Positions 29,072 to 39,953 of a DNA stretch of 64,000 nucleotides are shown here, in pieces. The translations under genes and the position numbers were made by a program. The first letter of the stretch is position 1; every line of letters begins with the position of its first letter. Source of the DNA: Vulcanimicrobiota bacterium (GTDB taxonomy: Bacteria > Vulcanimicrobiota > Vulcanimicrobiia > Vulcanimicrobiales > Vulcanimicrobiaceae); assembly GCA_963795855.1 (NCBI GenBank), contig CAWCIZ010000001.1, forward strand, positions 384,001 to 448,000. The letters run 5' to 3'. Under the pieces are notes generated by a model. That model did not search any database and was not told where the DNA came from. It was given only the letters and a program-made list of their open reading frames with translations.

Positions 29072-30553
29072 CTAAAAAAGCGCCGTCAGCGCGGCGACGA
29101 GCGATCGCGCCGAGGCGTCGAGCGTTTCGTCGTTCGCGAACAGCAAACCCGTCGTGCGATCGATGCGCATGCGTACGAAAAAACGCTGCAACTGCGTAGC
29201 GGAAGTTTGCGCGTACGCGCGAAGCGCCGTTTCGGCCGCATCGATGCGTTCCCGGGGCGCGCGTGCGTTGATGCGGCGCGCTTGCAGCGCGAGCGTCAGC
29301 TGGCGGGCCTTCGTGAAATCCCAACGCGCGCTATCCTCCTGCATTTTGCTTAGCACGCCGAGCGTCGGCGTTTCGAGTTCCACCTCCAGCACGATTGCGT
29401 TCGGATCGTCCGCTGCCGAAGTATCGGTAACCGGAGTAGGCGCGAACTGGTCCACGCGCGCGAGCATCTTGCCGGCATACTCGACGATGGGCTCCTTCTT
29501 GCCGATTTTCTCGTGCAGAACGGCGCGCTGCAGCAGCTGGCCCTGCGCTTCCAGGTGCGCTTTGAGACCGGCAACGTCCTCACCGTTTGCGGAACGCGTG
29601 CACGCCAGCGCTCCGCTCAAGATGAAGTGGTTGAGCAGCGTCGGCGGTTTCGCTCCCGTGAAGATTCGCTCGAAATACGCGATCGACGGGCGGTCTAAGC
29701 GCCCGTAGAGCATGACTGCTTCGCGAATCGGTGCGGCTTGCGCGGCAGGCTCGACGTCGGGCGGTTGCGCAGGCGGCTCCGGCTCGAAGGGCTCCGGCTC
29801 CGGGACGCCCGGCTCCGGAACCGTTTCCGGCTGGCCCGGCGGCGGAATCTGCTCGGGCTGGTCCGGCGGCGGCACCGGTTGCTGCGGCGGTTCCGCAGGC
29901 GGCCGGTATTCGGAAAGCGCGGCTGCGCCGGCTTCGTGCTCGATCGTCTCCTCTTCGTCGAGTTCGTAGATCGGCAGCTCGTCCAGCGTCTTGTCGTAGA
30001 GCGCGCGGTCGTAGCGCTGCACCTCGGTCGCAAAACCGGTTTGCGTATCCGCTTTGCGCGAAACCACGACCGGGTGAGCCCCCAGGACGGCGCTCTCTTC
30101 CGCAGTGACGATCGGAGCGATCACGAGCGGCTTATTCCCTAACCGAACGCCGATCTTCCAGACGAAGGTCGCGCGCGAGCCGGCGAGGATCGGGCCGACG
30201 ACGGTGCCGGCACCGAAGAATTCGTCGGCCGCGTCGTCGAGCAGCGGCCGGCCGTCGCGCACGAAGGAACCGTTGCGATAGCTCGCGCCGCCGGGAAGCG
30301 GCACGCAAACCCGAACTTCGCGGGCCGGTACGGCCCCTTCGTTCGCAACGCTGAGCGCCAGCGTCACGATGGCGCCGGGAATGACGTCCGATGGCGGGGT
30401 CGCGCTCGCTTCGACTGCGAGAACCGCGCTTTCCAGCCGCTGCGCAGGTTCCGGCTCGACCGTTCCAACCTCGGTCTGCACGTCGGATTCCCAGGTGGGA
30501 CGCTCCGGGGGCGGTACGCCCAGTTCGGCCCGCTGCAGGCCGACGAGCCGCAT
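29072..30553 (-). CDS. DUF11/Ig-like domain protein with a Pro/Glu-rich linker
   Basis: PGAIVTLALSVANEG..PLPGGASYRNGS pattern; PEP-rich low-complexity segment. Start ATG at 30553 is inferred. Confidence 0.6.
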   Translation of the reverse strand: MRLVGLQRAELGVPPPERPTWESDVQTEVGTVEPEPAQRLESAVLAVEASATPPSDVIPGAIVTLALSVANEGAVPAREVRVCVPLPGGASYRNGSFVRDGRPLLDDAADEFFGAGTVVGPILAGSRATFVWKIGVRLGNKPLVIAPIVTAEESAVLGAHPVVVSRKADTQTGFATEVQRYDRALYDKTLDELPIYELDEEETIEHEAGAAALSEYRPPAEPPQQPVPPPDQPEQIPPPGQPETVPEPGVPEPEPFEPEPPAQPPDVEPAAQAAPIREAVMLYGRLDRPSIAYFERIFTGAKPPTLLNHFILSGALACTRSANGEDVAGLKAHLEAQGQLLQRAVLHEKIGKKEPIVEYAGKMLARVDQFAPTPVTDTSAADDPNAIVLEVELETPTLGVLSKMQEDSARWDFTKARQLTLALQARRINARAPRERIDAAETALRAYAQTSATQLQRFFVRMRIDRTTGLLFANDETLDASARSLVAALTALF

Positions 30554-30600
30554 GTCGGCGCTTTCTTCGAAGTCCGGATCCTTCGGCCGAGAAGCGGCGC

Positions 30601-31524
30601 TCACTTCGCAAACCGCAGGCGCGCGAAGAAGCGTTCCAGCAGGCTCGGAGCGGGTGCGCCCGTTTGAGATCCGGCGGCCGACGGCGGCGGCGCGGCGGCG
30701 GGTTCGGGTAAACCGCGCGCCGTCAGCGCGGCACGTACGTGATCTTCGCGCACCAGGGTGCTTGCGCGGTCGGCGGCTTCCTCCATCGAAAGATGCGCCA
30801 GCATCGTCAAACGCCGCGGCAGCCCCGCAGCGGCGCGAATCAGCAGCGCGCGCGCTTCCGGCGCGGCGACGGGCTGTCCCGGCGGTTGTCCGGCGCGTGA
30901 GAGACGAAAGTCGAGTATCGCGCCCGCCATCGCTTCGTCGAGCGTCTGCAAGCGTATCCACGAATCGACGCGATCGACGAGGTTGTGCTTGGCGTTGAGG
31001 CGCTGCTCGAGTTCGCTTTGGCCGAACAGCAGGATGTTGAGCAGTTTCTTCTGCGGCACGTGATAGTTCAGCAGCAGCCGCAGCGCTTCGAGGTTTTCGT
31101 CGCTGAGATTTTGCGCTTCGTCGATGATGAGAACCAGCGTGCGGTTCTCCAGCACCGCCGTCTCGAAGAAGAAGTTCTTGAGCGCATTTTTGAGCGCGGC
31201 GCTCGATCTCGGCGGCAGGGCGAGTCCGAAAACGCGGCCCACCGCAATTAAAAACTCGACCTCCGTCGCGAACGTCGGATCGAGAATCTTACCGAGTACG
31301 ACGCGGTCGTCTTGAAGCAACTCTTGTTCGAGCGCGCTGGAAAGGCTCGTCTTTCCGGTCCCCGGCTCGCCGAGGACGACGGTCAGGCCGCGCGATTCGT
31401 CGACGCAGGCCGCCAAGCGATCCTTCGCCTTGCGCAGCGCGCCGAGTTCGCAATAAAAATACGGATCCGCCGTGTCTAAAAACGGGTCGCGTTCAAGCCC
31501 GAAGTAGCGGAAATACTTCGACAT
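30601..31524 (-). CDS. ExeA/GspA-family AAA ATPase
   Basis: YFRYFGLERDPF..DP, GEPGTGKTS, LIIDEAQNL, LRLLLN, GLPRRL. Confidence 0.9.
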   Translation of the reverse strand: MSKYFRYFGLERDPFLDTADPYFYCELGALRKAKDRLAACVDESRGLTVVLGEPGTGKTSLSSALEQELLQDDRVVLGKILDPTFATEVEFLIAVGRVFGLALPPRSSAALKNALKNFFFETAVLENRTLVLIIDEAQNLSDENLEALRLLLNYHVPQKKLLNILLFGQSELEQRLNAKHNLVDRVDSWIRLQTLDEAMAGAILDFRLSRAGQPPGQPVAAPEARALLIRAAAGLPRRLTMLAHLSMEEAADRASTLVREDHVRAALTARGLPEPAAAPPPSAAGSQTGAPAPSLLERFFARLRFAK

Positions 31525-31571
31525 CGACTGCTCAGATTGGCCTCCGGCGTCAAAAGTCTTTGCAGCCGCGG

Positions 31572-32321
31572 TCAAGTTTTGGTCGGGCCTGCCTCTACAG
31601 ACCGCATACGCTCGCGAGCCACCAATTCGTTGGCGTGATACAGGCTTTCGAACTGGCCTGCGTCGGTCCACCAGCCGTCCAGGATGTCGTAATACAAGTC
31701 GCCCTCGCGAATGTACGCGTTGTTCACGTCCGTGATTTCCAGTTCGCCGCGTTCCGAGGGTTTCAGGTTGCGGCAAAAATCGAACACGCGGCGATCGTAC
31801 ATGTAGATGCCCGTGACCGCGTACCGGCTCTTCGGCGATGCCGGCTTCTCCTCGATGCGCACGATGCGCTCGCCATCCAACTGCGGACATCCGAAACGCT
31901 GCGGATCGTCGACGTCTTTGAGCAAAATACGCGCGCCCGAGTCCTGTTCGTCGAACTTGCGCACGTAAGGCGTAATGTCATCCTGTATGATGTTGTCGCC
32001 GAGAATGACGACGAGGCGATCGCCCTCCGCAAAATGCTCGCACAGTTTGAGCGCGTCCGCAATTCCGCCTTCACCTTCCTGGTAGGTGTAGAAGATGTCT
32101 TTGAGGCCGAAGTCGCGGCCATTGCCCAGCAGACGTAAGAAATCACCCGCGGAGTTGCCGCCGGTAACGATCATGATGTCCGTGATGCCGGCGCGGACGA
32201 GCGTTTCGATTGGATAATAGATCATCGGCTTGTCGTAAATCGGCAGCAAATGTTTGTTCGTAACCTTTGTCAGCGGGCGAAGGCGCGAGCCCAGACCGCC
32301 TGCGAGAATAACGCCCTTCAT
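31572..32321 (-). CDS. rmlA: Glucose-1-phosphate thymidylyltransferase (RmlA/SpsI type)
   Basis: MKGVILAGGLGSRLRPLT..KHLLPIYDKPMIYYP, EEKP, SERGELEITD, WTDAG. Confidence 0.93.
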   Translation of the reverse strand: MKGVILAGGLGSRLRPLTKVTNKHLLPIYDKPMIYYPIETLVRAGITDIMIVTGGNSAGDFLRLLGNGRDFGLKDIFYTYQEGEGGIADALKLCEHFAEGDRLVVILGDNIIQDDITPYVRKFDEQDSGARILLKDVDDPQRFGCPQLDGERIVRIEEKPASPKSRYAVTGIYMYDRRVFDFCRNLKPSERGELEITDVNNAYIREGDLYYDILDGWWTDAGQFESLYHANELVARERMRSVEAGPTKT

Positions 32322-32400
32322 ACCTACCTTTTCATCGCCGGAAACGGCTTGCGAGTTGAGCGTGCGGGGATTGCGCCCGTGCCGTCCGAACCGAAGCGCA

Positions 32401-33261
32401 ATGCCTGGACAAGCGCTGCGCACGGTCGTCCCCGTCCTCGGAATGCACCGCTCGGGAACCTCGCTGACCACCGGCATTCTGAATGCGCTCGGCGTCTCGC
32501 TCAGCGAAGATCTCATGCCGGCAACGCAAGCCAATGCCATCGGCTACTTTGAATCGCTCGGTATCACGGCTATCCACGATCACCTGCTTGCGACGCTTGG
32601 CAGCTCTTGGCACGGCAGCGAAACGCTCAAACCGTTTGCGTCGCAGTGGTGGCGCAGGCCGGACGTGCTTGCGATAAAGGAACGCCTGAAGGCAGTGGTC
32701 ACCGACGAAATGAGCCGCGTGCCGGGAATGTGGGGCTTCAAAGATCCGCGAACCGCGCGGCTTTTACCGCTGTGGAACGAGATCTTTACCGAACTGCAAC
32801 TGGAGCCGCGCTTCGTTTTGGTCGGGCGGCATCCGTTGGACGTGGCAAAATCGCTGCAGACACGCGACGGCCTGAACCCGTTTTACTCCGAACTGCTCTG
32901 GCTCGAGCACACCGCCGACGCCGTGTCGTACTCCAAAAAACGCGCCTGCGCCATCGTCGAATATAGCCGCTGGTTCGAAAATCCAATCGGCGAAGCGGAG
33001 TACCTCATTTCATCGCTCGGATTGCAGCGTCCGGACACCAGCGTGCTGCAGAACGCGCTCGGCCGGTACGTGTCGAACGAGTTGCGGCACCACGCGTCAA
33101 CGGACGAGAATTACGCGCTGCCCTATTCGCGCGACATGTATCAAGCATTGCTGCGCCGGGACCGCGCCGGCCTCGAAATGCTTGCGGAGCTGTTTGCGGT
33201 AACGTCGGCCTTTACGGCGCGCGTCGTCAACTTCGCGCTGCAGTCGGCGGTCCCGAAATGA
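32401..33261 (+). CDS. Sulfotransferase family protein
   Basis: VLGMHRSGTS (PAPS-binding loop), GYFE, WGFKDPRT, RHPLDVAKSL. Confidence 0.85.
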   Translation: MPGQALRTVVPVLGMHRSGTSLTTGILNALGVSLSEDLMPATQANAIGYFESLGITAIHDHLLATLGSSWHGSETLKPFASQWWRRPDVLAIKERLKAVVTDEMSRVPGMWGFKDPRTARLLPLWNEIFTELQLEPRFVLVGRHPLDVAKSLQTRDGLNPFYSELLWLEHTADAVSYSKKRACAIVEYSRWFENPIGEAEYLISSLGLQRPDTSVLQNALGRYVSNELRHHASTDENYALPYSRDMYQALLRRDRAGLEMLAELFAVTSAFTARVVNFALQSAVPK

Positions 33262-34853
33262 CGTTTGAACAATTGGTGAAAAGCGTCGAAGATCTCCAGG
33301 ACGTATCAGCAGAGCAAATCGCGGATTTTTTGCATGCACCGGATGCCTCGACGCGTCTGACCGCACGTGGTGCGCTTGCACGCAGCAGCATACGGCGCGC
33401 CCTCGAGGCTTGCGGCGATCTCGCACGCGAGCAAGCCTACGGGGACCAGTCGACGCTCACCGCCATTCAGCGGTTGGTGACGATTTCCGATTGGGACGAG
33501 CCGTACATCGAAACGTTGAAACAATTGGGCATTCAGGCCGCGGACAAGGGAAACGTAAACGCCGCTTTGGGCTACCTGCAAGAGGCGGTGTTTCGCGGCT
33601 TTTCCTCCGGCCAGCGGCGCGACGTGCGCTCCAGGCACGCGATGCGGTACGCGCATGACGAGGAAATCGATGCGGCAATCGAACGCCTCGCGCGAAACTT
33701 CGCATCACCGCCTTTTCGCATGCCGCCCGCACGTCTGAAACTGACCGCGTTGTGCACTGCACTGGCCGACGAAGACGGGCCTACCGTGCTGACGGTGAAA
33801 CGCGCCGTGTATTTTCGGGACGAAGGGTTCGACGTTGAAATCGTTTCGACGGAGGTTGGCTCCAGCGCGGGAACCAACATGGCCGCACGCGTGCGCGCGT
33901 TGGGCATTCCATTCGTCATGACGCCCGCAGGATCGTGGGAAGAGCGAATTCGCTGGCTGATTACGTATTTTGCGCAGCACCCCACGGACGTCATGGTGTA
34001 CATGACTTCAGCGCAGGATTGCCTCGCGAAACTCGCGGCATGCGTTGGACTGGCGCCCGTGCAATCTTGGGACGTTCGCGCGCTGGAACCCGAAACCGGA
34101 AAATTCGACCTCATCAATCACGGGTTGAGCAAGGACCAAGAAGTCAATACGAAATGGCCGGGCATCGCGCGCTGCACCGGCCCGGGACACGCGATGGCGG
34201 AAGAAGTCGCCGCGGCGCAGCCGTACTCCCGAGCAGAACTCGGCTTTCCGCCGGACTCAATCTTACTGGCGACGTTCGGCCGAATGGAAAAGGGCAACAC
34301 GCCCGTTTATCTCGAGGCCACCGCCGCTATCTTACGTTCGCATCCCAGCGCGCGGCTTCTGTTGGCGGGGCCCGATTCGTTCAACGTCATCCCGGTTATG
34401 GTTCAGTACTACGCGAAGTACGGCGTCGCCGATCGCGTCCACTATTTGGGCAGGCGCCAAAGCGACGGACCGCGGCTCGTGAAAAGCGTCGATCTGTACT
34501 GCGAAACCTATCCATGGCCGGGAGGTCAAAGTCTCTTCGACGCAATGGAAGCGGGTCGCCCGGTAGTTGCAATGAAACGCTCCGACGACCGCGACTTGGA
34601 TCCCACCGGCACTGGCGCGACGACTTCCGTGGCGGACATCGTGCTGACGGGCGTGGTTCCCCTGGCCGCGCCGGGGAACGTCAAAGAGTACGTCTCTATC
34701 GCCGCCGCGTACTTGTCCGATCCGGCTCTGCGCGCACGGGACGGCGCGCTATTGCAAGAGAAGGTGCGGCGCGATTGCAATCTGCGCGCCGGAACTGCAA
34801 CGTACGGCGAGTATCTCCGCGAAATCAGCGCCCGGAAGGCGCAGCCCGCATGA
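33258..34853 (+). CDS. GT-B glycosyltransferase (GT4/GT41-like C-terminus)
   Basis: FGRMEK, VDLYCETYPWPGGQSLFDAMEAGRPVV, EYVSIA. Confidence 0.75.
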   Translation: MTFEQLVKSVEDLQDVSAEQIADFLHAPDASTRLTARGALARSSIRRALEACGDLAREQAYGDQSTLTAIQRLVTISDWDEPYIETLKQLGIQAADKGNVNAALGYLQEAVFRGFSSGQRRDVRSRHAMRYAHDEEIDAAIERLARNFASPPFRMPPARLKLTALCTALADEDGPTVLTVKRAVYFRDEGFDVEIVSTEVGSSAGTNMAARVRALGIPFVMTPAGSWEERIRWLITYFAQHPTDVMVYMTSAQDCLAKLAACVGLAPVQSWDVRALEPETGKFDLINHGLSKDQEVNTKWPGIARCTGPGHAMAEEVAAAQPYSRAELGFPPDSILLATFGRMEKGNTPVYLEATAAILRSHPSARLLLAGPDSFNVIPVMVQYYAKYGVADRVHYLGRRQSDGPRLVKSVDLYCETYPWPGGQSLFDAMEAGRPVVAMKRSDDRDLDPTGTGATTSVADIVLTGVVPLAAPGNVKEYVSIAAAYLSDPALRARDGALLQEKVRRDCNLRAGTATYGEYLREISARKAQPA

Positions 34854-34860
34854 CGCGTCT

Positions 34861-35646
34861 CTAGCCTTGATTGGCTTTGTACAAGCGGCTTTCAGGCGCG
34901 ACGTAATACTGATCGAGTGACGTGGGCATTCGCACGTCGAAGCCCAGAAACCGGCGTACGCGCTCGCTCAGGACCGCAGCCGTCTCGGCCCCGATCATGC
35001 GCGGATAGTCGAACTGCTGCCGCATATACGACCGGCAAACGTTCATCGTCACGGCGTGGCGATACGTCGCGGTGCGGTTTACGCCTCCGCGATGCCACGT
35101 TCTCGCGTTGAAGACGATTGCATCGCCCGCTCGAGGATATGCTCGCTGCGCCGCGCTTTCGAATTCCGCTTGCGTCGGAGTCGTCTCCATCCGGAATGAC
35201 GCCGGCAGCAACTCCATGGCGCCGTTGTCATCGGTAAAATCGGTGAGCGCCAGCGTTATGCCGACGTTGGTGATGTACCCCGGAATGACTCGCGGAGAAT
35301 CGACGTGGATGCGGCGGGAATAGTTCGTTCCGTCCGGCGGCATGCTCGAAGAGGTGTATGCGTAGAGAATGCACGTGCTCGTGAGCAGGGGCGTCAAGAA
35401 AGCGTGGATCACCTCATTGTCGAGCAGATGCATGAAAGGCTCGCCGCGCAGCATGAGGTTCATGACCATGTGCGCGCCGGTGTATTCGCGGCCGCGCCAG
35501 CCGTCCAAATCTTCCGCTATCGCGCGCTCGAGCGCCGCTTTCAGCCGCTCGATTTGGGCGCGCTCGACGACGTTTCGAGCGATCGTGAAGCCGTTGCGCT
35601 CTATTTCATCGATCTGCGCCGGCAACGCCTTGGGTGCGGCAATCAT
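34861..35646 (-). CDS. Phytanoyl-CoA dioxygenase (PhyH) family Fe(II)/2-oxoglutarate oxygenase
   Basis: IHVD, ALTDFTDDNGAMELLPAS, AGDAIVFNARTWHRGG.N..R. Confidence 0.88.
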   Translation of the reverse strand: MIAAPKALPAQIDEIERNGFTIARNVVERAQIERLKAALERAIAEDLDGWRGREYTGAHMVMNLMLRGEPFMHLLDNEVIHAFLTPLLTSTCILYAYTSSSMPPDGTNYSRRIHVDSPRVIPGYITNVGITLALTDFTDDNGAMELLPASFRMETTPTQAEFESAAQRAYPRAGDAIVFNARTWHRGGVNRTATYRHAVTMNVCRSYMRQQFDYPRMIGAETAAVLSERVRRFLGFDVRMPTSLDQYYVAPESRLYKANQG

Positions 35647-36467
35647 CTTACGCAAACGAAGCGCAGATACTTGTAGAGCGAAGCCGATAGAGGAAGCACG
35701 CGGCGCAGGTAGGCGTCGACGAGGGTCATCGCTTCTTCGGATTGTCCGTGCAGAATCGCGCCTTGACCGGCGTACCAATCGAACGTGATTTCACAAGACG
35801 AGAACCCGCACGCGAGAGCATCGCGTTGGAACTCGTAAGGGTCGAAGCCGCCCATGACCGATTTTATCGGTTCCGCATCTTTGAACGTTTGACTGGCGAT
35901 CCCGAACTCGCGTTCCACCGAATCGTCCGTATGCAGAACCGAATCGACCTCGCGCAGGAGGATATCGGAGTGCACGGCGCCGTGACGCTCCAGTTGGACC
36001 ATCGCTTGCCAGAAGAGTTTGTTCGGCTCCAGATCGATGTAGAAGAGACCGCCGGGACGCAGGACGCGCGCAACTTCGGAAAGGATGCGTTTGTGATCTT
36101 CGACATGATGCATGAACGCATAGGAGCTCGCCATGTCGAAGGTGCCGTCCTCGAACGGAATCGCCTCGGCGGCTGCCGTGTGGACTCTGATCCGGCCTTT
36201 TGACGTGTCTACACGCGAGAGCATTGCGGGCGTTATGTCGATCGCGTCGATCGAATCGAAGAGATCGTGAGCCAATCCGACGATAAACCCCGTGCCGCAT
36301 CCGACGTCCAGCAAACGCCCTCTGCCGGCGCGGGCCGAGAGCGCCTCCAAGACGCCTCGCACTTTACGCCGGTTTTCCGGCCGGAAATGCGGCTCGTCGC
36401 TGTCGTACCGATCGGCCATGCGTGTATGGACTTCGATGTTCGCTTCAAGCGTTTTCGTTAATTCCAC
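35643..36467 (-). CDS. Class I SAM-dependent methyltransferase
   Basis: LLDVGCGTG, PFEDGTFD, RVLRPGG; GTG start with GGGAG RBS. Confidence 0.9.
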   Translation of the reverse strand: MELTKTLEANIEVHTRMADRYDSDEPHFRPENRRKVRGVLEALSARAGRGRLLDVGCGTGFIVGLAHDLFDSIDAIDITPAMLSRVDTSKGRIRVHTAAAEAIPFEDGTFDMASSYAFMHHVEDHKRILSEVARVLRPGGLFYIDLEPNKLFWQAMVQLERHGAVHSDILLREVDSVLHTDDSVEREFGIASQTFKDAEPIKSVMGGFDPYEFQRDALACGFSSCEITFDWYAGQGAILHGQSEEAMTLVDAYLRRVLPLSASLYKYLRFVCVR

Positions 36468-36487
36468 GTCGTAAACTCCCTGGAGAA

Positions 36488-36515
36488 GTATCGGCATCAG
36501 CCGGAAAGTGCATGA
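36488..36515 (-). promoter_or_regulatory. Sigma28-like promoter for the methyltransferase-dioxygenase pair
   Basis: Minus strand reads TCAT-N16-GCCGATAC. Confidence 0.5.
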
Positions 36516-36547
36516 GCGCGCGAGCACGCCGTCGAAGGCGACCGCCG

Positions 36548-37066
36548 ATGACGGGAACGGGCAAGCTGGTGCGCCTGCGCGCGCTGCAGCCGGCAGATTA
36601 CGCGCGCTGGCTCGCGTGGATCAACGACCCGGCCGTTATGGACGGCCTCGATCGCGCGCGTCCTGCGACCTCCGAGCAGCACGAACGGTACGTTCACACA
36701 AACGTTACGGAAAATCAAAACGCCGTCTGGTTTGCCATTCAAGCCATCGACGGTGGCGATCACGTCGGCATCGTGTGGCTTTGGGATGTGAATGTCAGAC
36801 ACCGTCGCGCCGAGGTTCGCGTGCTCGTGTCGCCGCAGGCATCGAGGCGAGGATACGGCACGGAAGCGCTGGCCTTGCTGAGCCGCTACGCATTCGAAAC
36901 GATGGGCCTGCATAAACTTTACGCGTACGTCCACGAACGGAATGCGGCGTCGCGTTCGGCGTTCGAGCGCGCCGGCTTTGCGTTGGAGACGACGCTCCAC
37001 GACGAGGCATTTTGGAACGGGCGCTTTGCGGCGGTTTGGCGGTTTGCCCGTCTTTCCGGCGCCTAA
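36548..37066 (+). CDS. GNAT N-acetyltransferase (RimJ/RimL/PseH-like)
   Basis: RRGYGTEAL..AFETMGLHKL..NAASRSAFERAGF. Confidence 0.88.
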   Translation: MTGTGKLVRLRALQPADYARWLAWINDPAVMDGLDRARPATSEQHERYVHTNVTENQNAVWFAIQAIDGGDHVGIVWLWDVNVRHRRAEVRVLVSPQASRRGYGTEALALLSRYAFETMGLHKLYAYVHERNAASRSAFERAGFALETTLHDEAFWNGRFAAVWRFARLSGA

Positions 37067-38214
37067 GCGCTTTCCAAAGCTTCTCGTAAAAATCCGCAAA
37101 CGCGTTCGACGTCGTCCGGTCCCATGTCGTAGAACAGCGGTAAACGCACGAGGCGCGCGCTCAAATCGTCGGTTCGGCTGAGCGATCCATGCGTGCGCCC
37201 GAACCGTTCCCCTGCGGGCGCCGAGTGCAGTGGAACGTAATGAAACAGGGCTCCGACGTTCTTTCTGCGCAGCGCGTCGAGAACGGCGTTACGCCGGCGG
37301 CCGTCATCGAGCAGCACGTAGTACAGGTGGCCGTTGTGTTCCGCTCCCGGCGGAATGAGCGGACGGCGCAATAAGCCGGCGCTCTCGAAATCCGCGAGGC
37401 GTTCGTGGTAGGCGTTCCAAAGCGCCAGGCGCCGCTGCAGCAGATCGCCGGAAACTTCTATTTGAGCCCAGAGAAACGCGGCGATGATTTCGCTGGGCAA
37501 GTACGACGAGCCGACGTCGACCCACCGGTACTTGTCCACGATGCCGCGTAGAAAGTTCGAACGGTTGGTGCCCTTTTCGCGAACGATCTCCGCTCGCTCG
37601 CGGAGTGCGGGATCGTTTACGAGCAGCGCGCCGCCCTCGCCGGAAATGACGTTTTTCGTCTCATGGAAGCTCAAAGCAGCGAGCCGTCCGAACGAGCCCA
37701 GCGGACGTCCGAGATAGTTCGCGCCGAACGCTTGCGCTGCGTCCTCGAGCAGAGACACGTCATGCCGCTGCGCAATCTCCGCGAGGCTATTCATCTCGCA
37801 CGCTACGCCCGCGTAGTGCACCGCGACGATGGCTTTCGTTTTGGCGGTGACGGCGGATTCGACGAGCGATTCGTCGATGTTGAGCGTGTCGGGCCGAATG
37901 TCCACGAACACCGGAATCGCGCCGCGCAAAACGAAAGCATTAGCCGTCGAAACGAACGTGTAAGACGGCATGATGACTTCGTCGCCGGGCCGCACGTCCA
38001 GAAGCAGCGCCATCATTTCGAGTGCTGCCGTGCACGAATGCGTCAGAAGCGCCGCATGGGCGCCGGTCGTTCGAACGAGCCACTCGTGGATGCGCTGCGT
38101 GAACGGGCCGTCGCCGGAGAGATGCGCGTTGGCGATCGCTTCTCGAAGGTAGGTGAGTTCGTTGCCGGTGACGTGCGGCGTGTTGAACGGAATTTCCGTA
38201 CGGCGTTCGATCAT
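37063..38214 (-). CDS. wecE: dTDP-4-amino-4,6-dideoxygalactose transaminase
   Basis: IPFNTP, SGDGPFT, THSCTAALE, SFHETKN..GEGG, EKGTNRS, GSSYLPSE. Confidence 0.92.
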   Translation of the reverse strand: MIERRTEIPFNTPHVTGNELTYLREAIANAHLSGDGPFTQRIHEWLVRTTGAHAALLTHSCTAALEMMALLLDVRPGDEVIMPSYTFVSTANAFVLRGAIPVFVDIRPDTLNIDESLVESAVTAKTKAIVAVHYAGVACEMNSLAEIAQRHDVSLLEDAAQAFGANYLGRPLGSFGRLAALSFHETKNVISGEGGALLVNDPALRERAEIVREKGTNRSNFLRGIVDKYRWVDVGSSYLPSEIIAAFLWAQIEVSGDLLQRRLALWNAYHERLADFESAGLLRRPLIPPGAEHNGHLYYVLLDDGRRRNAVLDALRRKNVGALFHYVPLHSAPAGERFGRTHGSLSRTDDLSARLVRLPLFYDMGPDDVERVCGFLREALESA

Positions 38215-38942
38215 GACGCGTTTCGGATGAGTCCGCAGTCCGAAGCTTCGATGTACCGCGCAGACTCCGGTCCTTTCATGAAGAGCAGATCGAGCACCGA
38301 AACGGCCGATTCGTACGGCGGGTAGAGTTGCTCGTACGGTTCGTAGCCGTACGTAATGTACTCGAGCGTTATTCCGGCCTGCGCGAACTCTGCTTCGTCG
38401 ATATACGAGCGTGCAGACGGGCCGCTGATGTACTGCGTCGCCCCGATCTGCCGCAGAAGATTCAAAAGCCGGCTCGTTTTGGTCCCGGATACGTGAAAAT
38501 CCGACGACCGAACGAACCGGGTATCCCCGATGCCGAGCAGCCCCGCAATCGCAATCGTGCTCTCGATCGTGAAATCGGCGAGCAGCGCGTGATTTCGCAC
38601 ATACAGTTGCTCCAGCACATCTGCATAGCGTGCGTAGTGCGGCGCTTTTCCGTAGGAATGGCGCAAGCGTTCGAGATGTGCGCGGTTCCAACCGGATTCC
38701 GCGACCATCTCGATCTCGTTGATGGCGCGGTGTTCGAGCGTGTTGCCTTTTGCATGGACCGGAATCGTGAGCCAGCGAAGTCCCTGCGGCGTCTTTATTC
38801 TGTTGCGGTTGCGCCATCCGTGCTTGTCGTACTGGACGTCATCGTAAAACACGAAAACGTCGCTCCGCCGTATCAGGTCGAAGTAGCCGCGCCATGGAAT
38901 GTACGAGGGCTGGATGACTACCGCCGTGGTCGTGTGCGGCAC
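38211..38942 (-). CDS. WbqC family protein
   Basis: [51 protein letters not shown]. Confidence 0.92.
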   Translation of the reverse strand: MPHTTTAVVIQPSYIPWRGYFDLIRRSDVFVFYDDVQYDKHGWRNRNRIKTPQGLRWLTIPVHAKGNTLEHRAINEIEMVAESGWNRAHLERLRHSYGKAPHYARYADVLEQLYVRNHALLADFTIESTIAIAGLLGIGDTRFVRSSDFHVSGTKTSRLLNLLRQIGATQYISGPSARSYIDEAEFAQAGITLEYITYGYEPYEQLYPPYESAVSVLDLLFMKGPESARYIEASDCGLIRNAS

Positions 38943-38948
38943 GGGCTC

Positions 38949-39953
38949 CTACCTGTGCGCGTACTGGCGTTTGTAGTACGCGAGGAACTCGCCGCTTTTC
39001 AGCGGCCGCCACCAGGATTCGTTTTCGCGATACCACGCGATCGTTTCGCGCAGCCCCCGATCGAATGGAACCGCCGGCGCCCAGCCGAGCGCGCGCGACT
39101 TCGCGCAGTCGATCGCGTAGCGGCGGTCGTGGCCTTCCCGATCGGCGACGTGACGGACGTGCGTGGCCATAGAGCGCCCGCAACCCTCGAGCAGCATGCG
39201 CGTAATATCGATGTTCGTTCGCGGATTGCCGCCGCCGATATTGTACACGTTGCCGATTTCGCCGTGCTCGAGAACGTGCAGAATGCCGCGCGCGTGATCT
39301 TCGGCATGCAGCCAGTCGCGAATCTGCAACCCATCGCCGTACAGCGGCACGCTTTGGTCGTCGAGCAGATTCGTGACGAAGAGCGGAATGAGCTTCTCGG
39401 GATACTGTCGCGGACCGTACGTGTTGGAACCTCGCGTGATAAGAACGGGCGTCTCGTACGTCGTCCAATACGCGAGCACTTGAAGATCGCCGCCGGCCTT
39501 GCTGGCGCTGTACGGACTGCGCGGCTTGAGCGGGTCCGTTTCGACGGACTCGCCTTGCGACACGTCACCGTAGACCTCGTCGGTCGAGACTTGCACGTAC
39601 CGCGAAATGTGATGCCGCCGCACCGCCTCGAGCAGTACGTGCGTTCCAAGAACGTCCGTGCGCAAAAACGCTTCCGGCTCGAGGATCGATCGATCGACGT
39701 GCGTTTCCGCAGCGAAATTCACGATCGCGTCGACGCCGTCGGCGATCGCTTCCTCGACGCTCGCGGCCTCGCAGATGTCGCCTTTGACGAAGCGGTAGCG
39801 GCGATCGCCTTCGAAGGCGGCGCAATTTGCCGGATTGCCGGCATACGTCATGGCGTCGAGGTTGACGACGCGCCAGTCGGGACGCTCGCGCAGCAGCACG
39901 TGAATGAACGTCGACCCGATAAAACCGAGCCCGCCCGTGACGAGGAGACGCAT
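38949..39953 (-). CDS. rmlB: dTDP-glucose 4,6-dehydratase
   Basis: [41 protein letters not shown]. Confidence 0.96.
   Translation of the reverse strand: MRLLVTGGLGFIGSTFIHVLLRERPDWRVVNLDAMTYAGNPANCAAFEGDRRYRFVKGDICEAASVEEAIADGVDAIVNFAAETHVDRSILEPEAFLRTDVLGTHVLLEAVRRHHISRYVQVSTDEVYGDVSQGESVETDPLKPRSPYSASKAGGDLQVLAYWTTYETPVLITRGSNTYGPRQYPEKLIPLFVTNLLDDQSVPLYGDGLQIRDWLHAEDHARGILHVLEHGEIGNVYNIGGGNPRTNIDITRMLLEGCGRSMATHVRHVADREGHDRRYAIDCAKSRALGWAPAVPFDRGLRETIAWYRENESWWRPLKSGEFLAYYKRQYAHR

Noticed and set aside
30601..31524. Transposon helper ATPase (IstB/TniB) marking a mobile element
   Set aside because: There is no transposase or terminal repeat, and the motifs fit ExeA.
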